59,286 bases of DNA from a virus (lineage: Duplodnaviria; Caudoviricetes), in IMG/VR virus record IMGVR_UViG_3300045994_000112, positions 1-59,286 of that record; one strand, given 5' to 3'. Numbering within the stretch: the first letter of the stretch is position 1; every line of letters begins with the position of its first letter. Positions 38,572-46,040 of this stretch are shown piece by piece. The notes under the pieces were generated by a model. It saw nothing but the letters and a program-made list of their open reading frames with translations. It was not told where the DNA came from and searched no databases. The translations under genes and the position numbers were made by a program.

Positions 38572-38704
38572 TGGTGGAGCATTCGGGAGTTGAACCCGTC
38601 TCTTGGAACCTTTTGTCACCCTTGCGGGTCTAGCTTGATGATAAATCTCTGCTTGGCTTCTATCAACGTTCAGGATAGATTTGAGCCGACCTACACTATG
38701 CCCC
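38572..38704 (-). ncRNA. Ala-identity tRNA-like RNA without normal anticodon arm
   Basis: GGGGCAT/ATGCTCC-A-CCA (G3:U70); GACGGGTTCAACTCCC. Confidence 0.6.
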
Positions 38705-38768
38705 GTATTGGTGGTCGGCCCACAGAGTCATGACCTCTGAATGCGCCCGGGCAATGCCGACCGTAAAA

Positions 38769-38855
38769 TGGCGGAGAATAATGGAATCGAACCATCACCG
38801 CTTTCGCAGTGGGGACGCTTTCCAAGCGCCGTAACCCCCAGGGTACCTACTCTCC
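38769..38855 (-). tRNA. tRNA-Ser(GGA)
   Basis: Long variable arm; atypical D arm. Confidence 0.8.
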
Positions 38856-38959
38856 TAAATTTAATAAGCAGACTGAAATAATATGCTGGGTTCTTGCAAC
38901 CCTTCTTCTGGCTTAGTGTTCCTCATATCATGCCCGTTTCAGTCAGGCTCTGCTTAACT

Positions 38960-39049
38960 TGGCGGGGCGTAATAGAATCGAACTATCACCGGGTACTAGC
39001 CAGTGGGCGAGTTTTCAAGGCTCGTTAACTTCCAAAGTTCCTACACCCC
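38960..39049 (-). tRNA. tRNA-Ser(TGA)
   Basis: Long variable arm; atypical D arm. Confidence 0.8.
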
Positions 39050-39063
39050 ATATTCATATTTAT

Positions 39064-39150
39064 TGGCGGATCATAATAGAATCGAACTATCACCGCTTTC
39101 GCAGTGGGTCGGTATTCGAAGCCGATTAACGCCCAGCGTACCTATGATCC
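39064..39150 (-). tRNA. tRNA-Ser(CGA)
   Basis: Long variable arm; atypical D arm. Confidence 0.8.
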
Positions 39151-40346
39151 ATAATCTTTATCTTTTTAAATCCTGCATTAGTTGGATTCCCTGCTGGCTT
39201 TGCATTTTCTGGACATAAGCTGCAAGCAGGAATTTCATATAGCAAGTCATCAATAAACTTTTTAATTTTGGCAATCTCCCAATTTGGATTGCCGGGCTCG
39301 TAGCTACTAGCTACCGCCATTTGTTCTTTTGTTGCATCAACTGCAAACTGTGCACTAAATTCGCCAAATACTGCAACTGGGCCGCATTTCCAAAGTCTAC
39401 CTCTGGCAAATTGATATGCTTGCCACTCAACTGAAGTAAAGCAGCAATTTGAATGTGCTACTCTTCCGTTGCCAGTTTGGAATTTAACAGTTTGCCCCAC
39501 TTGCGTAAGCATAGTGTCATAAAACTTATATGAATCCATTACTAGCAATGATACGCCATTAGCATCAGTGATTTTATATCCATCCGAAATTGGTTTTGGT
39601 GGTGCAAAATTAAACAATGTAATACATTCGTCTTGAATGTATTGCGGTAAATTTTTAAACTCATCAGGTCTGTTACATGCTGGCCAATCGTTGGCTTTGA
39701 TGGAGTTGTATTTTTCAATCCATGCTGTGTTGCTAACTGCTCCCCAGTTTTCATCGAATGAGAATAACTCCTTGCATTCATCTTGAATGGCTGATGGCAA
39801 ACTCTTAAAGTCAGACCTAAAATTACATGTTGGCCAATCTGCTAGTTTAATTTGTTTGTATTTTATGTCCCACCGACTACCTATTACTTCTGGTGTCAGG
39901 GATGCATGTACATCAGCAGCAAAATTTGCGCTGCTCTTTACATACGGTGCAATTAAAAATTGATCTATTCCAGTCTGCGCATTTTGCATTACTTCATTGC
40001 TGTGTGCAGACATCCTAACTGACAATCTTGGGTTTTTAAGTCGCTCGTACAATTCTGGCCAACGCGAGAACTGTGTACCATTTGTTAATATTTCTACCTT
40101 TGATGTGGGCCATAGACCCATAACGCCGTCTACCCACAACAAAAAATCTGGATTAAGCATAGGCTCACCACCCAAAATTACTATGTGTTTAATGTCGACA
40201 ATGGCCGCCCACTTGGTATACTCGGCTGAATAATCAGCCCAGCGTTCGTGGCCCTTAAACGTAAAATTGTTAAACCTATTACAGTCAGTGCAATTCAAAT
40301 TACATACGTTTGTGATGTAAAAATCTGCAAACTCGATTTCAATCAT
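39126..40346 (-). CDS. radical SAM protein with two WP modules
   Basis: CNLNCTDC, LGGEP, TNG, C-terminal CSLC. Confidence 0.85.
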   Translation of the reverse strand: MIEIEFADFYITNVCNLNCTDCNRFNNFTFKGHERWADYSAEYTKWAAIVDIKHIVILGGEPMLNPDFLLWVDGVMGLWPTSKVEILTNGTQFSRWPELYERLKNPRLSVRMSAHSNEVMQNAQTGIDQFLIAPYVKSSANFAADVHASLTPEVIGSRWDIKYKQIKLADWPTCNFRSDFKSLPSAIQDECKELFSFDENWGAVSNTAWIEKYNSIKANDWPACNRPDEFKNLPQYIQDECITLFNFAPPKPISDGYKITDANGVSLLVMDSYKFYDTMLTQVGQTVKFQTGNGRVAHSNCCFTSVEWQAYQFARGRLWKCGPVAVFGEFSAQFAVDATKEQMAVASSYEPGNPNWEIAKIKKFIDDLLYEIPACSLCPENAKPAGNPTNAGFKKIKIMDHRYAGR

Positions 40347-40991
40347 TTATTGATGTTTATATGTTTCTATATATTTTACCACATTGGTATCAAACCATTG
40401 TGGGTTTGCATGTAAGTAATCAATTGTTTTACTTAATGTCCACGGTGTTCTATAAGGGCGATTCGACATTAGTGCTTCCGCAACGTCACATGCCGCCAAT
40501 ATACGTATATTATGCGGAATTTGTTCCGCTGTCAATTTAAGTGGATAACCCGACCCATCTAATCGCTCATGATGCATATATGCAAAATCTACTAATGGCC
40601 ACGGTGATACTAAATTAGATAAAATAATTTTACCAATCGGCACATGCGTTTCCGCAATCATCCGCTCACCAGGAGTAAGTGGTCCAGCCTTAGAAATAAC
40701 ACTGTGGTGGACACCTATTTTGCCTATATCATGTATCAACGATCCAATTGTGACACCAATCATGTCATGGTATGATAACCCCATCTTGGATGCAACATGC
40801 GTTGCAATTTCTTCTGCAGAACACAAGTGATCACCTGTATGCGAGTCGTATGCTTGCATCATTGTGACTAGAGTTTCAAAGTGAGAACATATTGTTTTCA
40901 CTGTCATCTCATCAGGAGAATTACCCATGCTAGCCATGTAGTGCTGCAAAAACTCTTTACTTGCAAACATGGCTTTAGTATTAGGGTGCAT
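40347..40991 (-). CDS. HD-GYP phosphodiesterase
   Basis: HDIGKIG, HHERLDGSGYP, CDVAEAL.SNRPYR. Confidence 0.9.
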   Translation of the reverse strand: MHPNTKAMFASKEFLQHYMASMGNSPDEMTVKTICSHFETLVTMMQAYDSHTGDHLCSAEEIATHVASKMGLSYHDMIGVTIGSLIHDIGKIGVHHSVISKAGPLTPGERMIAETHVPIGKIILSNLVSPWPLVDFAYMHHERLDGSGYPLKLTAEQIPHNIRILAACDVAEALMSNRPYRTPWTLSKTIDYLHANPQWFDTNVVKYIETYKHQ

Positions 40992-41001
40992 ACTATATTT
41001 A

Positions 41002-41075
41002 TGGTATCCCGTAGCAGAATTGAACTGCTGTTTTAACCATGTCAAAGTTACGCTCTACCATTGAGCTAACGGGAC
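41002..41075 (-). tRNA. tRNA-Val(GAC)
   Basis: Cloverleaf, CCA. Confidence 0.85.
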
Positions 41076-41081
41076 AAATTT

Positions 41082-41158
41082 TGGCATACCGGGAAGGATT
41101 CGAACCTTCATCACGCAATTTTGGAGACTGCTGTTCTGCCAATTGGAACTACCGATAT
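41082..41158 (-). tRNA. tRNA-Trp(CCA)
   Basis: Cloverleaf, CCA. Confidence 0.9.
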
Positions 41159-41164
41159 ATAATT

Positions 41165-41252
41165 TGGCGGGTGAGAGAGGACTTGAACCTCCACGCCTTT
41201 TTCAAAACGTCAGTTTAGCAAACTGATGCGGCTACCATTTCGCCACTCACCC
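41165..41252 (-). tRNA. tRNA-Ser(GCT)
   Basis: Long variable arm, CCA. Confidence 0.85.
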
Positions 41253-41356
41253 ATTAATCTTACTGTGAGGGCTAACCTCTCTAGCGCAAGTAGCACGTTC
41301 CGGTTTACGCCGGTTCGGTTGAGCAGGGTCCAGGTTGCTTGGGACTACTTATACTC

Positions 41357-41431
41357 TGGAGCCTTCAGCTAGAATCAAACTAGCGATTACTGATTACGAA
41401 ACAGTCGTGTTATCACTAACACTATAAAGGC
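41357..41431 (-). tRNA. tRNA-Thr(CGT)
   Basis: Cloverleaf, CCA. Confidence 0.8.
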
Positions 41432-41600
41432 ATATTAAATTAGAAGGTTGGATTTACGGTTTCGACACCGCTGCACCAACTTGTAAGACCGTAAGGGGGT
41501 CTTTCGGTAATATTCGGCCCACGTCGTCCGTCCGATATTTACCTATACACTGATATACGACCTGTCTACCAGTTGCTGTTCTACCAGCTGCTTCTAAACT

Positions 41601-41677
41601 TGGTGCACCCTCTCGGATTCGAACCGAGAACATTTAGTTTCTAAGACTAACCTGACTACCAATTGCAGCAAGGGTGC
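41601..41677 (-). tRNA. tRNA-Leu(TAG), short variable loop
   Basis: 77 nt; A73. Confidence 0.85.
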
Positions 41678-41777
41678 ATATTCTGTGCTAGTTTACTCCT
41701 TACTAGCAAGTCCTATAAGTCGACTCTGCATTTAAGCCTGCAGAGCTTACTATGCCTATAGCGTAGGCTTAAAATAA

Positions 41778-42077
41778 TCAACACTCCGTAGCCGGGATTC
41801 TGTTCTATGCTAACATTAATCTTTGCCACAACCCGCACCTATAAGCAAAAGGTTCCCAAGTGCTGTTTGTGTTGCACACTATATCACGGTAGTGTTAACG
41901 ATAGCATTTTGTGGTGGAGTTTGCCAGGGGCTTTCACCTGGTTGCGGCCTGGAGCGCGAAGGCCCAGTTTCGTCCTATATGTTACGTGTTCAAACCCCAT
42001 TACAAAATACTATCTCCTACTCGCCCTTTGCGTGTGTCCCGAACTTCCTGACTTGCGCCCGTTAGCTCGAATGTTGA
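41778..42077 (-). ncRNA. rnpB: RNase P RNA
   Basis: P1 TCAACATTCG/CGGAGTGTTGA; P2 GCTAAC/GTTAGC; AGGAAGTTCGGGA with AACAGAATCCCGGCTA (P4); GGTGAAA, GGCAAACTCCACC, GCAA. Confidence 0.85.
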
Positions 42078-42081
42078 AATT

Positions 42082-42202
42082 TGGTGCAGCCCCGTGGATT
42101 CGAACCACGACCTCGTCCTTGTATAATGGAATGATTGTAGTGCTGTATTGTATCCTTGTCAGGATCGCTTTCTACGCGAGCTAACCATTACTCTAAGGCT
42201 GC
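42082..42202 (-). ncRNA. CCA-ended tRNA shell with CAGCA-helix replacing the anticodon loop
   Basis: GCAGCCT/GGGCTGC-ACCA, D and T arms; inner GATCCT-GACA-AGGAT-ACAATA-CAGCA. Confidence 0.75.
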
Positions 42203-42209
42203 ATTAAAT

Positions 42210-42284
42210 TGGCCGGTCCTAGAGGAATCGAACCTCTACCCACTGTTTCGAAGACAATGATGATATCCATTTCACTAAGGACCG
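42210..42284 (-). tRNA. tRNA-Arg(TCG)
   Basis: Cloverleaf, CCA. Confidence 0.9.
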
Positions 42285-42289
42285 ATATT

Positions 42290-42365
42290 TGGTGGGTCGC
42301 ACGGGAGTCGAACCCGCCTGGTACTGATTAAGAGTCAGCTGCATCTGCCGCTTTGCTAACAACCC
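42290..42365 (-). tRNA. tRNA-Lys(CTT)
   Basis: Cloverleaf, CCA. Confidence 0.9.
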
Positions 42366-42373
42366 AAATTGTG

Positions 42374-42450
42374 TGGTGCCCCTGGTCAGATTCGAACTGA
42401 CATCCAAAACCTTTTAAGGATTCCCGCACTACCAATTAGCGTACAGGGGC
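42374..42450 (-). tRNA. tRNA-Leu(TAA), short variable loop
   Basis: 77 nt; A73. Confidence 0.85.
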
Positions 42451-42559
42451 GAAAATAATTTAGCTAGAACAATCGCCAGGATATGTTGACACATACCCCA
42501 GCAGGGATTCGAACCCCATACACGCCTGATGTTCTATATTTTACGTGAGCCAAAAATAA

Positions 42560-42663
42560 CAGGATGTGGCGTCTATAGACCGGGACTCGAACCCTTGACG
42601 CACCCCCAGCGGGCCGGCCTCGCGAAGTATGGAGCGAGTTTTGAGTTTTGCTGCAATCATCCT
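42560..42663 (-). ncRNA. CAGCAA-helix RNA with T-arm module
   Basis: AGGATG-ATTG-CAGCAA...GGGTTCGAGTCCC...CATCCTG. Confidence 0.7.
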
Positions 42664-42667
42664 AAAC

Positions 42668-42743
42668 TGGTACATCGGACTGGCTTCGAACCAGTGACAC
42701 CTAACTTTTCAGGCTAGTGCTCTACCAACTGAGCTACCGATGC
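42668..42743 (-). tRNA. tRNA-Phe(GAA)
   Basis: Cloverleaf, CCA. Confidence 0.9.
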
Positions 42744-42752
42744 ATAATATAA

Positions 42753-42814
42753 CAGGATCAACTTTTTAGTTTTCGAACAAAGAAAATTTTATTAAGTTTT
42801 GCTGAACTGATCCT
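42753..42814 (-). ncRNA. minimal CAGCAA-helix RNA
   Basis: AGGATCAG-TT-CAGCAA...TTGATCCTG. Confidence 0.7.
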
Positions 42815-42819
42815 AAAAC

Positions 42820-42897
42820 TGGTACCCTAGGTCGGATTCGAACCGACACGATTCTCCTTTTGAGAGAGACGCCTCATACCAATTGGGCTACTAGGGC
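42820..42897 (-). tRNA. tRNA-Leu(CAA), short variable loop
   Basis: 78 nt; A73. Confidence 0.85.
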
Positions 42898-42906
42898 ATA
42901 ATAACT

Positions 42907-42982
42907 TGGTGCAACCTACAGGGATCGAACCTGTTTCATCGGCTTTTCAGACCGCTGCAATGACCACATTTGCTAAAGTTGC
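42907..42982 (-). tRNA. tRNA-Phe(GAA)
   Basis: Cloverleaf, CCA. Confidence 0.85.
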
Positions 42983-42993
42983 ATAATAAACTT

Positions 42994-43068
42994 AGGGGTG
43001 ACCGATGGGAGTTGAACCCATACTACCAGAGTCACAGTCTAGGTTGCTACCGCTACAACACGGCCACA
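42994..43068 (-). tRNA. tRNA-His(GTG)
   Basis: C73; ends CCT, so CCA not encoded. Confidence 0.85.
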
Positions 43069-43086
43069 CCTAAGTTCACTAAAATT

Positions 43087-43161
43087 TGGCAGCCCGTGTA
43101 GGAATCGAACCTACGCTTACTGAGTCAGAGTCAGTTATTCTTCCATTAAACTAACAGGCAA
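43087..43161 (-). tRNA. tRNA-Gln(CTG)
   Basis: Cloverleaf, CCA. Confidence 0.85.
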
Positions 43162-43166
43162 CAAAT

Positions 43167-43253
43167 TGGCTGAGGAAGTACGACTTGAACGTACACGCCC
43201 TTTACAGACACTGATTTCAAAGACCAGCGTGGCTACCATTTCACCATTCCCCA
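43167..43253 (-). tRNA. tRNA-Gln(TTG) with long variable arm
   Basis: CTGGT-CT-TTG-AA-ATCAG; variable arm TGTCTGTAAAGGGCG. Confidence 0.75.
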
Positions 43254-43294
43254 ATAAACTATAAATAATATACATACATCATTAAGGTACGTAT

Positions 43295-43594
43295 ATGAAA
43301 AACTTTCTAGCTGCACTTTTACTCGTTCCCACTTTATCATTCGCTACGCTTGAGCATTTCAAGAAGGACGTAATCTGCGAAGACGAGGACAAATTAATGG
43401 CCGAATTAACTGGTCCTGAGTATCAGGAAGAAGTTGTCATTATCGGCAAAGGATCAGTAAACGTGTTAATCATTACGCTCAACAAAGAAACAGGATCTTA
43501 CTCTGTATTAGAAGTTAACGATGGTAAATTGTGCGGGCTAAACGTAGGCGATAATTTTACCATTAATTGGAAGAAAATGCCTACACAAAAATAA
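43295..43594 (+). CDS. small secreted protein
   Basis: Signal peptide MKNFLAALLLVPTLSFA; two Cys; TATAAATA upstream. Confidence 0.75.
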   Translation: MKNFLAALLLVPTLSFATLEHFKKDVICEDEDKLMAELTGPEYQEEVVIIGKGSVNVLIITLNKETGSYSVLEVNDGKLCGLNVGDNFTINWKKMPTQK

Positions 43595-43658
43595 CAGGAA
43601 GAGGTTGTCGACTAAGACACCAAAAGTTTAAGTCTGTATTGTTTGCAGAACTCTTCCT
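43595..43658 (-). ncRNA. minimal CTGCAA-helix RNA
   Basis: AGGAAGAG-TT-CTGCAA...CTCTTCCTG. Confidence 0.7.
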
Positions 43659-43663
43659 AAAAC

Positions 43664-43918
43664 TGGCTTCGTCAACAAGACTCGAACTTGTGATGCGGGG
43701 TTAAAATCGCGTATGCTGGGTCCCCGTGTGTTTCCCAAAGTTACCCTCGTATCCCCTCAATGCCTTATCTCACTCTTCATGCATTTCAACCTGTTCCGCA
43801 CTTCCCGGACTCACAGTGTTTGGTTTTAAAGCCTACGCGATTGTTATCTACTTTGCACTACTAGCTGCCTTATCTCACCTACTCAATACTACTCTACCTT
43901 CCTCTACACTATAACGAA
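43664..43918 (-). ncRNA. tRNA shell with about 200-nt insertion
   Basis: TTCGTTA/TGACGAA-GCCA acceptor; CAAGTTCGAGTCTTG T arm. Confidence 0.6.
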
Positions 43919-43926
43919 ATAAAACT

Positions 43927-44001
43927 TGGTGCTCTCTGGCAGATTTGAACTGCCTTCTGTGGACTACAAAACCACTATTCTCCCGAGTGAACTAAGAGAG
44001 C
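43927..44001 (-). tRNA. tRNA-Thr(TGT)
   Basis: Cloverleaf, CCA. Confidence 0.8.
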
Positions 44002-44010
44002 ATAATATAA

Positions 44011-44127
44011 CAGGATGCCTTAATAGACGGCGTGAAGCCGTTGCTCTGCCATTAGAGCGTACTACGCGATGTGCGTGGTGTTGGAATCGAACCAACTGAT
44101 CTAAAAGATCGTTGCTGCAAGCATCCT
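44011..44127 (-). ncRNA. CAGCAA-helix RNA with permuted tRNA-like domain (YrlA-like)
   Basis: AGGATGC/GCATCCT; T arm GTTGGTTCGATTCCAAC, capped acceptor stem, D arm GCTCTAATGGCAGAGC. Confidence 0.8.
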
Positions 44128-44132
44128 AAAAC

Positions 44133-44207
44133 TGGTACCTCCTGAGAGAATCGAACTCCCATCCCAACGTTCGTAGCGTTGTACATTATCCATTATACGA
44201 AGGAGGC
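44133..44207 (-). tRNA. tRNA-Arg(ACG)
   Basis: Cloverleaf, CCA. Confidence 0.9.
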
Positions 44208-44213
44208 AAAAAC

Positions 44214-44287
44214 TGGTGGAGCTCTGGGGAATCGAACCCCAATGACTAACTTGCAAGGCTAGTATAATCCCATTATATGAGAACCCC
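44214..44287 (-). tRNA. tRNA-Ala(TGC)
   Basis: G3:U70, CCA. Confidence 0.85.
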
Positions 44288-44295
44288 GATAAATT

Positions 44296-44370
44296 TGGTG
44301 GAGGCCGGGGGTATCGAACCCCTCTAGACATGATCATTGCAAGTGAACACCGCAGCCCTCTGCTGCCCCC
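44296..44370 (-). tRNA. tRNA-Ala(TGC), atypical
   Basis: G3:U70; short D loop; bulged anticodon stem. Confidence 0.7.
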
Positions 44371-44531
44371 ATTATAGGTTTTGAGAGACCAACTATCTTT
44401 CTTAAGGACTCGCTGGCTTGTCTCGAATTAAGAGAGTTTATACAACCTTGTACAATTCTACTGGTGTGTCATGCTCAAGAAATAGGGCACTAGAATACAA
44501 GGGACTCAATCTCAATCGTCTATCTCAAATC

Positions 44532-44605
44532 TGGTGCTGAATGCGGGAATCGAACCCACGTAAGCTACGTACCAAGCAGCTAGGTTACCACTACATCAAT
44601 TCAGC
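44532..44605 (-). tRNA. tRNA-Thr(GGT)
   Basis: Cloverleaf, CCA. Confidence 0.8.
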
Positions 44606-44612
44606 TTGTCTC

Positions 44613-44687
44613 TGGTGGTACTGATGAGAATCGAACTCATTTCTTGCAGCGTATGAAGCTGGTGCATTACCTTAATGCTACAGGACC
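44613..44687 (-). tRNA. tRNA-Met(CAT)
   Basis: Cloverleaf, CCA. Confidence 0.8.
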
Positions 44688-44696
44688 ATAATAACT

Positions 44697-44768
44697 TGGA
44701 GCGGGTGACAGGGTTCGAACCTGCATCTTTCGGCTTGGAAGGCCAAACGTATTCCACAAACCACACGC
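44697..44768 (-). tRNA. tRNA-Gly(TCC), degenerate D arm
   Basis: Anticodon and T arms, U73, CCA. Confidence 0.65.
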
Positions 44769-44821
44769 ATATAAGAGAATTTTTGACTCATTTCTGACCG
44801 CCCTCTTTACATGGCATAAAT

Positions 44822-44900
44822 TGGCTCCGCATCTGGGACTCGAACCCAGCTATACATTGATTAACAGTCAAGTCCGTGCACCTGGCTCGGATTCTGCGGA
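44822..44900 (-). tRNA. tRNA-Asn(GTT), atypical
   Basis: Anticodon arm, T arm, CCA. Confidence 0.75.
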
Positions 44901-44907
44901 ATAAAAT

Positions 44908-44986
44908 TGGCTCCGTGTGTGAGGATCGAACTCACCTAATCATTGATTAACAGTCAAGTCCTTGCACCATGCTTGGATTTCACGGA
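44908..44986 (-). tRNA. tRNA-Asn(GTT), atypical
   Basis: Paralog of neighbour. Confidence 0.75.
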
Positions 44987-45053
44987 ATAAAAGATGCCAG
45001 CCACGAGGGGACTGCTGGCGTTAGTCACCGTCTTAATACTGGTGACCAAAATT

Positions 45054-45141
45054 TGGTGGAACGTGTAGGATTCGAACCTACTACCCTTGGAAGGGCGCGA
45101 TGTTACAGACCGCTCTAGCACTCCAACTCTAGCGACGAACC
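45054..45141 (-). tRNA. tRNA-Tyr(GTA)
   Basis: Long variable arm, CCA. Confidence 0.75.
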
Positions 45142-45146
45142 AAATT

Positions 45147-45230
45147 TGGTGGAGACGTGTGGTTTCGATCCACTCCCATAATGGGCGAGTTTTACAGACT
45201 CGCTGCTGAAGCCATCAGCTTTCCATCTCC
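45147..45230 (-). tRNA. tRNA-Tyr(GTA)
   Basis: Long variable arm; T loop ATCGAAA. Confidence 0.75.
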
Positions 45231-45238
45231 AAAAATAG

Positions 45239-45298
45239 CAGGATAGTTTTTACGGTTTTGATTAAAAGTCAAATGTAATTGTTTGCTGAACCTATCCT
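45239..45298 (-). ncRNA. minimal CAGCAA-helix RNA
   Basis: AGGATAG-GTT-CAGCAA...CTATCCTG. Confidence 0.7.
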
Positions 45299-45303
45299 AT
45301 AAC

Positions 45304-45378
45304 TGGCGCCGTAGACGAGACTCGAACTCGCCTGACTCACATCGACAGTGTGGTGCCCTCCCCGAGAGCTACTACGGC
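45304..45378 (-). tRNA. tRNA-Asp(GTC)
   Basis: G73, CCA. Confidence 0.8.
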
Positions 45379-45468
45379 ATATAACTTGGCGGCACGAAAC
45401 CAGCTGTGCACTTACGCTTCTTAGCTTCTCGTTCCTAGGAAACTTACGCTTGGGTCATCGCCCTAACT

Positions 45469-45542
45469 TGGTGTGAGATAAGGGAATCGAACCCTTGACT
45501 AAAAGTTGGCAACCTTTAATTTTACCATTAAACTAATCCCAC
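45469..45542 (-). tRNA. tRNA-Gly(GCC)
   Basis: Cloverleaf, CCA. Confidence 0.8.
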
Positions 45543-45550
45543 ATAAAAAC

Positions 45551-45624
45551 TGGTCAGGGTACAAGGAATCGAACCTTGGCCACGACGCCCCAAACGTCGC
45601 ATGATACCATTTCACCACACCCTG
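45551..45624 (-). tRNA. tRNA-Pro(TGG)
   Basis: Cloverleaf, CCA. Confidence 0.85.
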
Positions 45625-45633
45625 AAAATACAT

Positions 45634-45710
45634 TGGTCTGCGCTGAAGGATTCGAACCTTCGACCCCTCGGTTCCAGGCCGAGAACTCTACCAGACTGAG
45701 CTAAACACAG
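45634..45710 (-). tRNA. tRNA-Pro(TGG)
   Basis: C33/A37 variant, CCA. Confidence 0.8.
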
Positions 45711-45720
45711 ATTAAAAACT

Positions 45721-45794
45721 TGGTACATCGTTGGAGAATTGAACTCCCATCAACGGTATGTAACACCGCTATTCTACCATTAAACTACCGATGC
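45721..45794 (-). tRNA. tRNA-Val(TAC)
   Basis: Cloverleaf, CCA. Confidence 0.85.
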
Positions 45795-45802
45795 AAACTA
45801 AC

Positions 45803-45877
45803 TGGAGTCGCGTACGGGGATCGAACCCGCCTGAACAGGTTGAAAGCCTGTGGACCTCACCAAAAGTCAAACGCGAC
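45803..45877 (-). tRNA. tRNA-Glu(TTC)
   Basis: ACAGG-CT-TTC-AA-CCTGT; CCA. Confidence 0.8.
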
Positions 45878-45884
45878 ATAAACT

Positions 45885-45958
45885 TGGTACCCTGTCCAGG
45901 TAACGATCCTGGGTCTATCGGTTATCAGCCGATTGCTCTACCTTTGAGCTAACTGGGC
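45885..45958 (-). tRNA. tRNA-Ile(GAT)
   Basis: Cloverleaf, CCA. Confidence 0.85.
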
Positions 45959-45966
45959 ACTAAACT

Positions 45967-46040
45967 TGGTACGGGATGTAGGGATCGAACCTACGCTCTC
46001 AGAGTCAAAGTCTGATATGCTACCATTACATAAATCCCGA
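45967..46040 (-). tRNA. tRNA-Gln(TTG)
   Basis: Cloverleaf, CCA. Confidence 0.85.

Noticed and set aside
40992-41045. Upstream start for HD-GYP
   Set aside because: Lies inside tRNA-Val(GAC); start moved to 40991
41262-41350. Twister ribozyme (GTCCCAAGC)
   Set aside because: Cleavage-loop UAA and P2/P4 geometry not found
41912-41998. Ala-like tRNA ending CTCCACCA
   Set aside because: Part of the RNase P RNA specificity domain
29149-46040. Short ORFs overlapping tRNAs
   Set aside because: Translations of tRNA sequence
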